Positions 34,141-44,630 of a DNA stretch of 64,000 bases are shown here, one piece after another. Each line of letters starts with the position of its first letter. Positions within the stretch are counted from its first letter, which is position 1. The notes below the pieces were generated by a model. The model was not told where the DNA came from. It made no database searches and worked only from the letters and a program-made list of their open reading frames with translations. Source of the DNA: an uncultured virus (IMG/VR IMGVR_UViG_3300027884_000001). Its lineage: Duplodnaviria > Heunggongvirae > Uroviricota > Caudoviricetes. The translations under genes were made by a program, and so were the position numbers. The stretch is from the IMG/VR virus record IMGVR_UViG_3300027884_000001; one strand, 5' to 3'.

Positions 34141-34221
34141 TGCGCAGAAGAGGACTTGAACCTCCACGGTGCTACCCGCCACGGTCTGAACGTGGTGCGT
34201 CTGCCATTCCGCCACCTGCGC
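34141..34221 (-). tRNA. tRNA-Leu(CAG)
   Basis: Canonical Leu D arm GGCGGAATGGCAGACGC; loop TT-CAG-AC; long variable arm. Confidence 0.9.
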
Positions 34222-34240
34222 GTCGTTTCACTTCGTGTCG

Positions 34241-34321
34241 TGCGAACGAGAGGATTCGAACCTCCACGGTGCTACCCGCCAGCCCCTCAAGCTGGTGCGT
34301 CTGCCGTTCCGCCACGTTCGC
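34241..34321 (-). tRNA. tRNA-Leu(GAG)
   Basis: Near-duplicate of Leu(CAG); loop TT-GAG-GG. Confidence 0.9.
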
Positions 34322-34322
34322 G

Positions 34323-34393
34323 TCCGGGGAGCGGGGGTCGAACCCGCGTTCTGGGATCCAAAGGCCCATGTCCTACCGTTGGACGATCCCCGA
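34323..34393 (-). tRNA. tRNA-Gln(UUG)
   Basis: TCGGGGA/TCCCCGG; loop CT-TTG-GA. Confidence 0.85.
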
Positions 34394-34394
34394 G

Positions 34395-34469
34395 TGCACA
34401 GCCCGCGACTCGAACGCGGATACCGCTCGTTTTGAGCGAGCGAGGTCTGCCAATTGCTCTCAGCTGTGC
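34395..34469 (-). tRNA. tRNA-Leu(CAA) lacking long variable arm
   Basis: GCACAGC/GCTGTGC; loop CT-CAA-AA; 5-nt variable loop. Confidence 0.75.
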
Positions 34470-34608
34470 GTGTGTCGCGTGCCGATGCCAGCCTTAGCCT
34501 TGTTGGGCTAGGCGCCATCGGCAGACGAAGCAACAGCGAGCGGTTCACGACGGTGAAGATACCCCGCTTCTCGCCGGGCGCAAGCTCGTCGTGGTATCGA
34601 TCGATCAC

Positions 34609-34917
34609 ATGAGCAAGCTGACGCCGGCACGCATCGCCGATCTTCGCGCCATCGGCAACCCCGTCTTCGACGAGCTGCTCGACGTTTTGCATGATCAGAC
34701 CGAGGAGTACGACCGCTGGATCTCGGAACTCGAGGGTCCAACGCCGCGGGAGCTTCTCGATCGCATCGCGAAGGCCATCGACTCGCTCGGCACGGCGCGA
34801 CCCGCGATCCACTGGGTCATCAACCATGCGCCCAGGTTCGACGCCCACGACCAGATGCACGCCGAGATCGCGTTGGAGCATGTCGTGGAAGCGCTCAAGG
34901 TCCTGCGCGGCACGTAG
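34609..34917 (+). CDS. hypothetical protein
   Basis: Helical ORF with typical codon usage. Confidence 0.55.
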   Translation: MSKLTPARIADLRAIGNPVFDELLDVLHDQTEEYDRWISELEGPTPRELLDRIAKAIDSLGTARPAIHWVINHAPRFDAHDQMHAEIALEHVVEALKVLRGT

Positions 34918-34989
34918 CCAGCGTTTCCGACCCCTTTTCGCCACTCCTACCCTAGGGTCCACGGGTCGTTTAGACTGCCGTTGGAGCCT

Positions 34990-35328
34990 ATGACCACCGA
35001 AGTCGACCTCTCCAACCAAGACGGCGTCATCATCTCGTCGGCGGCTGTCGACGACACGTTGTGGGCGCAGCAGGGGCCCCAGATCACGGCCCTGGCAACG
35101 TCCAAGGGGTTTTACGTCGACACCAACCTCGGCGACCCGCCTGAGCGCAACGTCAACTCCTGGGCGGACGCGAGCGCGTGGATCAACGGGACGGCTGCAG
35201 CGGACAACACGACGTACAAGGCGGCTGCATCGACGTCGACGACCTCGAAGGTTCTGGTCATCGGCGCCGCGGTAGCTGCCGGTCTCGGCTTGCTCGCGCT
35301 CTTACTGTCGACGCGACCGAAGAGCTAG
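34990..35328 (+). CDS. C-terminally anchored membrane protein
   Basis: C-terminal VLVIGAAVAAGLGLLALLL plus basic tail. Confidence 0.6.
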   Translation: MTTEVDLSNQDGVIISSAAVDDTLWAQQGPQITALATSKGFYVDTNLGDPPERNVNSWADASAWINGTAAADNTTYKAAASTSTTSKVLVIGAAVAAGLGLLALLLSTRPKS

Positions 35329-35365
35329 CCAGCTAGCTGGCTCGGTCCATGCTCTTCACGGGAGT

Positions 35366-35563
35366 ATGACTGTCATCGGCCTGATCGTTCTGCTCGTGGT
35401 CGTACTGGTATGCCTGTGGCTGGTGAACAAGTACCTGCCCATGCCCATCTCGATGATCTGCAACGTAGTCATCGTGCTGGCCACGGTACTCTTGCTGCTC
35501 AACGCCGTCGGGCTCTTCGACAACGGCTTCTTCACGCATCCTGTGTTCGCACGTCGCCGCTAG
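35366..35563 (+). CDS. small two-TM membrane protein (Thivi_2564-like)
   Basis: LWLVNKYLPMP...NVVIV...LL..VGL pattern; GGGAG RBS. Confidence 0.65.
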   Translation: MTVIGLIVLLVVVLVCLWLVNKYLPMPISMICNVVIVLATVLLLLNAVGLFDNGFFTHPVFARRR

Positions 35564-35574
35564 CGATCGTGCAT

Positions 35575-37878
35575 TCAGCGAACGACGTCGAGCCAGCTGT
35601 GGTGCGCCGCCGGCTTGCCGCCGACAGTCTCCCAACTCATCCACTGGGCTCGCGCGCGCCCGACGACGTCCTTGGGCTCGTAGAACTTGTTGCCCTTGAG
35701 GAACGCATCCTCGGCCGCTTCGTACGCCTTGAGGTGTTCCTCGCTGAGAGTGCCGTCAGGTCTTTTGTTCCACGTCTTGCCGACCTTGTTCGCGTCGCTG
35801 CCGAACATCCTGTCGAGCAGTCTCGAGTCCAAACAGACCGTGTCTTGACCGAGAAGCGCCAGCGTGAAGCTCACCTTCGCCAGGCCCAGGCCGTGCGGCA
35901 GCTTGTTCTCGACGGCCAGGTAGCGACGTAGCTCGCGGTCCTTGAGCTTCTTCTTGCCGATCGCGTTGTGGACGGTGGGAGCCCAGGCCGAGACGTTCAG
36001 GACCGTGTCGCCCATGCCGTTCTGCATGCCCTGGAAGCAGCTCTTGACCGCTTCGAGGTCCCACGGCTCGAATTCGGCGCCTGGACGGTCCCCCCACAGC
36101 TCCTTGAGGCAGTCGAAGCGGCGCTCGGCGACGTCGATCTGCACGCGGATAGTGCTGATCGCGAAGATCGAGCAGAGACGGATGGTCTCGACGCTCGGAA
36201 CGCGGTCCCGGTGTTTCATGAGCTGCGGGCGGACCTCGGTGTAGCCGGTCACGAACGGCTCGCCGGTGGCCAGGGTCTCGATCGGGGTGAACTTGGCTCC
36301 CTGGGGGGCGTAGCGGTGAGCTTTCGGCGCTTCCTCTGCGCCCGTGTCCATCTTCCCAAGCCGCGCTCCGCACTTCGCTAGCTTGCGTGCGCACTCAGGT
36401 CCGACGGGGAACATTCCCATGTAGCCTGGCGCGTCCTCTGGGGTAGGCGAATCGGACAGCATCTCGAAACGCGACCCACCCTCGATGACCGTGGCCCACT
36501 CCGCGTCGTTCTCGTTCTTGATCGTGAGACCGCATACGACGCACGACCCCGGCGTGTGTTCGGTACGCTTCCTGTACAGCGGTCCGCTGAATGGGCGCGG
36601 ACAATCGCCGTCTGCTTCTTCCGCCCCCGTGTCCACGTACACCTGGTTCTTCTCCAGCTCATCGCTCCTGTCACCGATCCACTCGGCCGCGCCGACACCT
36701 TCCTCGAACATCCCAGGCAACTCGAGCTGCTCAGGCACACGCTCGTCGTCGATGACCTTGGCCTTGGGCCGCGCGGGCGGACTCGAGGAGCCGATGTCGA
36801 AGACCTTGTAGAGGATGCCGCCAGAATCGCTGTCCACGTAGCCGACGTTGCCCGCGTGGACGTCGATCGCGTAGACGCCGTGGTCACGAAGCTCCCGCAG
36901 CGCGTCGGCGACACCTTCGACCAGGTAGACGTCCTCCATCATGTCGACGCGTCGAAGCTCGTGTCCCTGCTGCCGCAGCGTTCGCTCGAGGTTGATCGAC
37001 GCGTTCTTGAGTTTCTCGCGCTGCGCGGCGCGGTCCAGACGAGCCAGCGAGCGCGGGTACGTGTGCGTCTGCTCCTTGAACTCGTTGACCAGGTTCGACA
37101 GCTCGTCGGCGCTCTTGCTGTCCGGCAGCGGCTGCACGCGCTCGCTGTAGAGAACGCCCACTGGGTACCGACGCTTGATGACCGTCGTGGCGCGCACGCC
37201 GCGGATGAACCAGCTCTCGTAGATGCGAGCGACGTGCTTCAATCGCTTGCCCTTGAGGATCGAACCCGCCTGCACTTCGCTCGGGTCGCTCGTGATCTTG
37301 ATGACCGTGTGGTCATCGAGCAGCGCGGCTGTGCCGAACGTTCCAGCGCCAAGGATCGTCCCCACGTCTCGCAGACCGAGCGCGTACAGCGTGCGCACAA
37401 TCGTTTCGACGCGCGGATCGTGCTGAAACTCATACGGGTCGCCGTCGCTCTCCACGTTCGCGAGGAAGGTCGCGGCGTACTCCTCGAGCGAGGTGAGATC
37501 GCGGTCGTACCAGCCGACGCGGTGCAAGCTCGGGGCACGGTCTTCGCGGGCATCCTGCAGACCGCATGGGAAGCAGGAGTGGTCGACTCCGTGTTGCATC
37601 ATGTGCCGCCGCTCGTCAGGATGCAGATGCGGAGCGCGGCGTAGCGACCGCATGTGCTCCGCCGCCATCCGCATCTCTTGCTCGTTCTCAACGAGGTCGA
37701 CGCCGAAGTACACGGCCGCCGGATCGATGTTCACGACGCCATCAACGTCGGCTACCGCGAACGGAACGACCTTCTGGTCGACCAGGTTGTAGCCGACGGT
37801 CTGGCCGTTGCCGTCGGTGCCCGCGACGAGAGGGACGGTGTCGCTGCCGACGCGGACCAATACGACGGGAAGGCTCAT
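35575..37878 (-). CDS. multidomain protein: kinase-like domain, CxxC domain and HhH-GPD/glycosylase-like domain
   Basis: LGAGTFG...VIKIT...E...DVHAGNV...VFDIG; C-terminal GLGLAKVSFTLALLG...CLD. Confidence 0.75.
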   Translation of the reverse strand: MSLPVVLVRVGSDTVPLVAGTDGNGQTVGYNLVDQKVVPFAVADVDGVVNIDPAAVYFGVDLVENEQEMRMAAEHMRSLRRAPHLHPDERRHMMQHGVDHSCFPCGLQDAREDRAPSLHRVGWYDRDLTSLEEYAATFLANVESDGDPYEFQHDPRVETIVRTLYALGLRDVGTILGAGTFGTAALLDDHTVIKITSDPSEVQAGSILKGKRLKHVARIYESWFIRGVRATTVIKRRYPVGVLYSERVQPLPDSKSADELSNLVNEFKEQTHTYPRSLARLDRAAQREKLKNASINLERTLRQQGHELRRVDMMEDVYLVEGVADALRELRDHGVYAIDVHAGNVGYVDSDSGGILYKVFDIGSSSPPARPKAKVIDDERVPEQLELPGMFEEGVGAAEWIGDRSDELEKNQVYVDTGAEEADGDCPRPFSGPLYRKRTEHTPGSCVVCGLTIKNENDAEWATVIEGGSRFEMLSDSPTPEDAPGYMGMFPVGPECARKLAKCGARLGKMDTGAEEAPKAHRYAPQGAKFTPIETLATGEPFVTGYTEVRPQLMKHRDRVPSVETIRLCSIFAISTIRVQIDVAERRFDCLKELWGDRPGAEFEPWDLEAVKSCFQGMQNGMGDTVLNVSAWAPTVHNAIGKKKLKDRELRRYLAVENKLPHGLGLAKVSFTLALLGQDTVCLDSRLLDRMFGSDANKVGKTWNKRPDGTLSEEHLKAYEAAEDAFLKGNKFYEPKDVVGRARAQWMSWETVGGKPAAHHSWLDVVR

Positions 37879-38091
37879 GAATGCACCCAGCTTGCCTCTT
37901 CCAGCTCCGAGATCCACTCGCCGCAGCGGCTGCAGTCCCACCACTCTGGAAAACGGCTGCGGTCACGTACGTCGTCGGTGCGGCGCAGGCACCGCTCGCA
38001 GACCGGCAGACACCCGATGCGTCGTACGGCGGCCGCCATGCGGTTCCAGAGGCTCACATGCGGAGACTACCTCAGGTGCTACGCTCGCTCC

Positions 38092-38220
38092 ATGGCGAAC
38101 CACAAGCGTGGACGGGCCAAGAACCGGCGTGCAGGCTGCCTGATGTGCAAGCCGTGGAAGGCGAACGGAGCCAAGCAGAAGGATCCTGCGCGCGAGCGTC
38201 GCAAGCTGCAGGCCGACTAG
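38092..38220 (+). CDS. small basic CxxC peptide
   Basis: MANHKRGRAKNRRAGCLMCKPWKANG. Confidence 0.5.
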   Translation: MANHKRGRAKNRRAGCLMCKPWKANGAKQKDPARERRKLQAD

Positions 38221-38438
38221 AGAACCCACACCGTCAGCTGCGCCGTAACGCCGACGCCCCATTCCAGCTTACCGTTGTCGCCTTCCGGATCGACGAAGGC
38301 CGCTGGCCTGACGCCGACGTGGACGTAGTCGGTGTTCACGACGCGACCTGTCGTGGACCAGTTCTGCAACAGTGAGCTGGCTGGCTGACCGTCAGCGTGC
38401 TGCGTCGTGAGCGCGAGCGAGACCCAGAGCCACTTCAC
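38217..38438 (-). CDS. hypothetical secreted/beta-rich protein
   Basis: GTG overlaps TGA of the +1-frame extension of the upstream gene. Confidence 0.5.
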   Translation of the reverse strand: MKWLWVSLALTTQHADGQPASSLLQNWSTTGRVVNTDYVHVGVRPAAFVDPEGDNGKLEWGVGVTAQLTVWVL

Positions 38439-40241
38439 TCGGCTGCCTGCCTCTTCCTACGAACTCGCCGCACGATCTTCGCCTGCGGCGTCAGGTACTC
38501 CCACGAGCCAGCGCAGCCCTGGCCGTTGCACGTCTTACCTTCCCAGTACTTGATCGCCATCTTCACGAACTCTTCGCGCTTCGTGAGATCGACGTCGCGG
38601 TACCTGCCGCCCGTTTTGCTGATCCCAGACGTCGAAGGTCTTGTCCGCGATCTCGCCGAACCATGCGCCGTCGAATGGTCCGCTCACATGCCCGATCGGT
38701 TCGACTTCGTACGTGAACGGTCCGTCGCCACCGCCGCCAGCGTCCTTGAGCAGCTTGATGTCGCGCACCATGAAGACCGAGTCGTAGTGCGATACTTGCG
38801 ACGTCGGACGCAGCGCCTCGACGAGCTTCTCGATGGGATGATCTGGCCGTTGGACGTTGTAGTTGCCCTGCAAGACCGTCCCGACGGGCAGATCGTTCCA
38901 GGACCCGTGGTAGAAGCCGGTCGTTTCGCCGCGGACGATGCGACTACGTTCGTGATGAGCTTCTGAAGCGGTGCGTGTCGCGCTGCCGTACAGATCGATC
39001 GCCCCATCGAGTGAGATGGGTACGCGGTATCCCTGACCGTTCTCGTCGAGCAACGTACGCGGCATGTCCTTCAGCCGGATCCCGGTCCGCGGCGAGATGA
39101 CCGACTCGCTGCGACCCTCGACCCGCATCAGCCGGATCGCGATCGGCACCACATTGCCGCCGGCTTTCTTCACCGCGGCCGCCCGATGCCGTCCCTCGTG
39201 CTCCAGCACCTGGCCCGTGGCGACGTCTACGCTCAGGTACGGCGGCACACGAGCTGGTCGCGCGTTGTACTCCGCGAGCGGCGCGGCCGTGCGCATGATC
39301 TCGTCGTACGAGTTCACATTGCCGCTACCAGAGAGCATCAGCGACGTCAGCTGCAAGAATCTCGTCGGAGGCATCTGGATGAAACCGACCGCCTTGATGT
39401 CGCGCGCGGTCTCGATCTGCTCGGGCGTGAGAACCAACTCGGCTTGCCGCGGTCCTTCGCCGCCTATCTCCTCGACCTGCACACCCTCTTCCGTCATCCC
39501 CCGCGGCGCCGTCTCCGTCTCGAGCGGCAGCTCCCCGGGGTTCGCGGTATCCGGGCTGCTCGAGGAGCCGATGTCGAACAGCTTGTAGACGCCGTCGCGG
39601 CGATGGAAGCCAATGTTTCCAGCGTGCACGTCGATGCCGTAGACCCTGTGATCGCGAAGCTCGTGCAACCCGTCCGCAACCTCGACAGCGAGTTTGCTGC
39701 CGACGTCGCGCAACTGCCGCTCCAGCGCCGTCGACGCGGCGTACAGCGTCGCGCGCGCGTCAGCGCGGCTCATCTTCACGAGCTTCCACGGCGTGGCGTT
39801 GTACGTCTCGCGGATCTTGCTCCAAAGGATCGTGACGGCGTTTCCGTCGGGCGCCGCACCCACCGGCTCGACGCGCTCCATCAGCAGCATCCCTACGCGG
39901 TGCTCTACGCCGGTGTTCCACTTGACGACGCGCGTCCGCCGCACGAACCACGACCCGTCGATGTGCACGACGTGCGGCAGATGCTGTCCACGCAGCACCG
40001 AGCCAGCTTCGACCTCGCTCTCGTCGGTCGTGAGCTTGACGACGCGGCCGTCTTGTGTCGCTCCGGCCATCCCGAACGACCCGCCGCCGAGGATCTCGAC
40101 CTCGTGAACGCCCGCGGCGCGCATCGCTCGACCGATCCGCCGCGTGCGCAGATCCTCGGTGTAATCCGGCGATTCCACGCCCAGCATGCCGGTCTCGGCG
40201 GCGGTCAGGAATGCTGCGGCAAAGGCTTCCGGCGTACCCAC
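38435..40241 (-). CDS. multidomain protein: kinase-like, ParB-like and ADP-ribosyltransferase-like domains (frameshift near 38615)
   Basis: LGGGSFG..VKLT..DVHAGNI..LFDIG; EHEGRHRAAA; FYHGS...VFM...YEVEP; 0-frame stop at 38535, +1 frame continues YW.G..WEYL to 38435. Confidence 0.7.
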
Positions 40242-40273
40242 GGCGGCTCTCTGCCAGCCAGCTTACAAGAGAA

Positions 40274-40302
40274 TTGCTCAGCCAGGAGGCTAGCTGTAGG
40301 AT
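40274..40302 (+). promoter_or_regulatory. repeated fibre-gene promoter, copy 1
   Basis: TTGCTC-AGCCAGGAGGCTAGCTG-TAGGAT, 6 nt before ATG. Confidence 0.7.
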
Positions 40303-40308
40303 AGCCGC

Positions 40309-41775
40309 ATGCGAAGCCGCCATCTACGACAGGACTACGGGACACTTTCGACACTGATCGGACTCGCCCTGGGCGATGGCGGCAGTGGTGGTCAGGGCGA
40401 CTTTGCGTCGCAGCTGGTTTGGTACGTCGACCCGCAGAACCCTGCGGCCAACGACGAGAACGATGGCAAGACGGCTCTGACGCCGCTCAAGACGCTCGCT
40501 GAGGTGGCTACGCGGCTCTCGGTCGCGTCGATGGTGAACTACACCATCAACCTGATGTCGAACACGAACTCGACCGACACGTTCGACTACAACCCGCACC
40601 TCAATGGCCAGGGCCTGACGGGCGGCGGCGGCATCGACGTCGGCGTCACGTCGTTCGTAAACATCGTCGGTCGCCAGACGGTCGCCGGCAGTGGGGTGGT
40701 CACGAGCGCTACAGGCACCACGCCGGCCACCAACACGCAGGCCTCGCTCGACGTAGCGGGCGTCGTGTGGACGCCGCTTCTTGGTTCGCTCGTTGTCATG
40801 ACGAGCGGCGCGCTCGCCGGATACCAGGCGTACGTCATCAAGGATCTCGGTTCGAACACCGCTCGCATGTCCGACTGGTGGAACCCCACGGGCGTGACTC
40901 CTGGCGGATCCGGAAGCAACGGCACGTTCGCGGCCATCGGCGCGGCGCCGGCCCCCGGCGACACGTACAACATCGTCACGCTCACGCAGTTCAACGCGAC
41001 CTACCGCAACGCCGGCAACCCGGCTCGCGTGCAGATCAACTTCCAGAACCTGCAGTTCACGGCCGCAGCGAACATCACTGTTGAGGGAGCGACCAACAGC
41101 TTCATCACGTGCCAGATGCTCTGCAACCTCATCGCGGTCATGTGGGTCAACGAGTTCGCGCAGTACTACGGCTGCCTGCTCAACACCGTCAGCGCGCAGC
41201 TGCTCAACTTCGACATGCGCCTGCGGTTCATCGGGTCGGCTCTACTCAACACGTCGGTCCAGGCGTTCAACACCGGCCGCGCGGAGTTCATCAACACCGT
41301 CGTGCAAGGCGGCTCGGTGTTCGTCGGTCGCGGCTTCACCGGATTGCCAGGTGACACGTCCGAGCTTGGAGGCCAGATCGCGATCTTCGCTCAGGCGCCC
41401 GGCGCCCCGACCAACCAGTCGATCGGTCTCGGGATCTTCGATTCGCCCGCGCAAGGATTCTCTGCCGTGCGCGGCGGCATCCTCGGCATCGACGCTCCTC
41501 TGTACGGATCTGGCAACACCACGTACGGTTTGACCGTGAGCGACGGCGGCGCGATCATGGTGCGCACCGGCGTGTCGCCGACGATCACCGGGACGACCGC
41601 TGCGCTGCAGCTCGAGGGCGCGGCCACAGCCATCCCGCCGTTGGTCGCCGGTACGACGGTCCCCGCCGCGTCGGCGCTCGCCACGTGGGCGCAGTGGGCA
41701 GCGGGTCCGTTCAGCGGCAACGTGATGGACTACACGGCCGGATCGAAGATCATCACCGTCGCCGCCCCGGTCTGA
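40309..41775 (+). CDS. putative spike/receptor-binding protein (beta-helix-like)
   Basis: N-terminal RHLRQDYG motif; WYVDP...DENDG.T...PLKT; paralog of 44631 ORF. Confidence 0.7.
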   Translation: MRSRHLRQDYGTLSTLIGLALGDGGSGGQGDFASQLVWYVDPQNPAANDENDGKTALTPLKTLAEVATRLSVASMVNYTINLMSNTNSTDTFDYNPHLNGQGLTGGGGIDVGVTSFVNIVGRQTVAGSGVVTSATGTTPATNTQASLDVAGVVWTPLLGSLVVMTSGALAGYQAYVIKDLGSNTARMSDWWNPTGVTPGGSGSNGTFAAIGAAPAPGDTYNIVTLTQFNATYRNAGNPARVQINFQNLQFTAAANITVEGATNSFITCQMLCNLIAVMWVNEFAQYYGCLLNTVSAQLLNFDMRLRFIGSALLNTSVQAFNTGRAEFINTVVQGGSVFVGRGFTGLPGDTSELGGQIAIFAQAPGAPTNQSIGLGIFDSPAQGFSAVRGGILGIDAPLYGSGNTTYGLTVSDGGAIMVRTGVSPTITGTTAALQLEGAATAIPPLVAGTTVPAASALATWAQWAAGPFSGNVMDYTAGSKIITVAAPV

Positions 41776-41796
41776 ACCAGCCAGCTCGCAGGAGCA

Positions 41797-41825
41797 TTGC
41801 TGAGCCAGGCAGCTGGCTGTAGGAT
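41797..41825 (+). promoter_or_regulatory. repeated fibre-gene promoter, copy 2
   Basis: TTGCTG-AGCCAGGCAGCTGGCTG-TAGGAT. Confidence 0.7.
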
Positions 41826-41834
41826 GGATCCGCC

Positions 41835-43580
41835 GTGCGAGAACGACATCTGCGCAAGGACTACGGCGCGCTGTCGGAACTCATCGGTATCGCCGCGGGC
41901 ACGGGCGGCGGCGGATCTACGGGCGCGACGGGACCCGCCGGACCTACCGGGCCGACTGGACCTACAGCGCCGGGTCCGACGGGCGCCACGGGCGCGCCAG
42001 GGCCCACTGGGGCCACTGGAGCGACGGGACCCACCGGACCGACGGCGCCTGGACCCACGGGCCCTACGGGGTCTCCTGGAGCGACCGGACCGACCGGTCC
42101 TGCGGGCGCCACCGGGGCGCAGGGAGCGACTGGACCGACGGGCGCTGCTGGGTCGACAGGACCGACTGGAGCCCCTGGAGCCACCGGAGCGGCCGGCCCT
42201 ACGGGTCCGACCGGGCCAGCTGGCGCAACAGGACCCACAGGTCCCGCTGGATCGACTGGACCGACCGGTCCTGCGGGCGCGACGGGTCCTGCCGGAGCAA
42301 CTGGCCCTACCGGGGCAGCTGGCGCGACGGGACCCACTGGCCCCGCGGGCGCGACCGGCACGGCCGGTGCGACAGGAGCCCAAGGCGCGACAGGTCCGGC
42401 CGGACCGACGGGTCCCACTGGAGCTGTGGGCGCCACCGGATCGATCGGGCCAACAGGTCCAACCGGCGCCGTGGGCGCGACAGGTCCCACGGGTCCGACT
42501 GGGCCCACCGGACCAACCGGCGCGTCCGGCGTCGCCAACGTCACAGCTGGGCTCGCGGTCAATCGTCCTGTCGCTCCAACGGCATCCGGCGGCATCTACG
42601 GCTGCACCGACATCCCGGTCATGTACCTGTGCCCACCTGGAGGCACGGGATGGCTGCAGTTCGCCAGTCAGTACATGCCCGCCGGAGCGAGTGCTGCCGG
42701 CTACACGATGGTCGGCAACCCCACGAGCACGCTCACGCTCGTGCAGCTCGCTGACACCATCCGCGCCGTCACGACGCTCATCGCTGGCACGACGCTAGGT
42801 ATTGGTCCGACGACCGGCAACTACGCCGCGCTGATCCAATCCAACGCGCTTGGACCGACGGCGCCGTGGACCGTGAACCTGATCGCGACATTCAACGGTT
42901 CGGTGTTCTCTCAGTACCCCGGGATCGGTGTCGTCGTCGCCAACGGACTGACGGGCGCGACGACGGGCGGTCCGGCATCGACCGGCTTCGGCATGATGGC
43001 GTACGACGACGAGAACAACGCGCCGTTCGTGTTCCTGGATGAGTTCGGGATCGGCGCGACGCGGATCTCGGCGGTCTCGGCGGCCAACAACAACATCAGC
43101 AACTTCATCCACGGCACCGGACGTCTCCACCTGCGTCTACTCAACGACCAGGTCAACATGCACTTCCAGGCGTCGACCGACGGGTACCACTACACCGACG
43201 TCGGCGCGACAGCGTGTCCGACCGGACTGACGGCATGGGGCTTTGCGCTCGGTACCGACGTCGCTAACGGCACGGTGTTCGGTATGGGGCTCATCCACGA
43301 GAACTCTTTGAGCGCCCCGACGCAGTACCCTGTTGCGACCTCTACAGGCGTGACGTTCCCGACGATTCTCGGTCTCGGAACGACGCACTCCATCTTGCCT
43401 GGTGACGTCGTGGCGATCCATGGAATGACCGGCAACACCGCCGTCAACACGGGCGCCGCGCTCGGCACGCTTGCAAGCGGCGTCATCGTGTCCGCTGTTG
43501 GAGCGACGTCGATCACGCTCGGCATCACAGGTAACGGCACCGGCAACCCTGGAGGAACAGTCACGCTTCTTTCGCGGTGA
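41835..43580 (+). CDS. collagen-like fibre protein
   Basis: About 200 aa of GPT/GAT/GPA triplets and a beta-rich C-terminal head. Confidence 0.85.
   Translation: MRERHLRKDYGALSELIGIAAGTGGGGSTGATGPAGPTGPTGPTAPGPTGATGAPGPTGATGATGPTGPTAPGPTGPTGSPGATGPTGPAGATGAQGATGPTGAAGSTGPTGAPGATGAAGPTGPTGPAGATGPTGPAGSTGPTGPAGATGPAGATGPTGAAGATGPTGPAGATGTAGATGAQGATGPAGPTGPTGAVGATGSIGPTGPTGAVGATGPTGPTGPTGPTGASGVANVTAGLAVNRPVAPTASGGIYGCTDIPVMYLCPPGGTGWLQFASQYMPAGASAAGYTMVGNPTSTLTLVQLADTIRAVTTLIAGTTLGIGPTTGNYAALIQSNALGPTAPWTVNLIATFNGSVFSQYPGIGVVVANGLTGATTGGPASTGFGMMAYDDENNAPFVFLDEFGIGATRISAVSAANNNISNFIHGTGRLHLRLLNDQVNMHFQASTDGYHYTDVGATACPTGLTAWGFALGTDVANGTVFGMGLIHENSLSAPTQYPVATSTGVTFPTILGLGTTHSILPGDVVAIHGMTGNTAVNTGAALGTLASGVIVSAVGATSITLGITGNGTGNPGGTVTLLSR
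41921..42531 (+). repeat. coding Gly-X-Y 9-bp repeat tract
   Basis: GGN-CCN/GCN-ACN periodicity. Confidence 0.85.
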
Positions 43581-43609
43581 TTGCTGAGCCAGCCGGCTGG
43601 CTGTAGGAT
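43581..43609 (+). promoter_or_regulatory. repeated fibre-gene promoter, copy 3
   Basis: TTGCTG-AGCCAGCCGGCTGGCTG-TAGGAT. Confidence 0.7.
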
Positions 43610-43618
43610 GGGGACCAC

Positions 43619-44617
43619 ATGCGGGATAGGCAGCAACGCAGAGACTACGGGTCGCTCAGCGATCTCGTTGCCGCCACGCATTCTGGTGGTGCTACAGGCG
43701 CAACTGGAGCAACCGGCGCCACAGGGCCGACTGGTCCTACAGGACCGACCGCCGTTGGACCGACGGGACCCACGGGGCCCACTGGAGCGATGGGACCTAC
43801 GGGCCCGGGCGCTGGTGCTACCGGCGCCACCGGACCGACGGGACCCACGGGACCGACAGGGCCTACAGCAGTCGGTCCTACAGGTCCAACGGGAGCGCAA
43901 GGCCCCACCGGACCGACGGGCCCGACTGGACCGACGGCAGTTGGCGCCACCGGGCCGGCAGGTCCGACGGGCGCCACGGGTCCTGCAGGACCAACAGGTC
44001 CGACCGGCGCTGGCGCGACAGGTCCGGCCGGACCAACAGGACCCGCTGGGGCAACAGGGCCCGCTGGCGCGACAGGAACCCAGGGCGCGACTGGTGCGCA
44101 GGGGGCAACAGGACCGACCGGACCGACCGGTGCGCAGGGGCCGACTGGACCGACAGGTATTTCTGGCGCTGCTGGACCGATGGGACCCACGGGCCCGACT
44201 GGCGGACTGCTGCAGACCGCGTTCGCGGGGATCACGACAGTCGTTCTCGCTGTCGGCGGTACGAGTGTACTGACGGGCGGGCCGATCTCGATGACACCCG
44301 GATCGACCACCGACAAGATCTCGATGTTGGGCAACGGGTACGTTTTCACCGGGACCACATCAACGAACGGTCAGCTGACCGTCTCGATGCTTGTCGACGG
44401 CAGCATCGTGACCGAGCAGATCCTTCAAATTCCGCCCGGGTTCACCGGCTTCAGTAACGCCGGGGTCGCGTTCTCGATGGGCTGGCAGGCGACAGGTCTC
44501 ACCGGCGGGACAGCACACACCTTCGATCTGAAGGCGGGCGCGATCGGCGCCACCGGCGCCACCGTCACGATGGTCTCGCAATCCGGCGGCCTACTCCTGA
44601 CGCGCAGCTCGGTGTGA
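43619..44617 (+). CDS. collagen-like fibre protein
   Basis: About 170 aa of Gly-X-Y and a small beta-rich C-terminal domain. Confidence 0.85.
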   Translation: MRDRQQRRDYGSLSDLVAATHSGGATGATGATGATGPTGPTGPTAVGPTGPTGPTGAMGPTGPGAGATGATGPTGPTGPTGPTAVGPTGPTGAQGPTGPTGPTGPTAVGATGPAGPTGATGPAGPTGPTGAGATGPAGPTGPAGATGPAGATGTQGATGAQGATGPTGPTGAQGPTGPTGISGAAGPMGPTGPTGGLLQTAFAGITTVVLAVGGTSVLTGGPISMTPGSTTDKISMLGNGYVFTGTTSTNGQLTVSMLVDGSIVTEQILQIPPGFTGFSNAGVAFSMGWQATGLTGGTAHTFDLKAGAIGATGATVTMVSQSGGLLLTRSSV

Positions 44618-44630
44618 GCGGAGAACGGTC

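Noticed and set aside
41921..44205. Periodic repeats as possible CRISPR array or satellite
   Set aside because: Degenerate 9-bp coding periodicity of Gly-X-Y; no constant repeat with unique spacers and no cas genes
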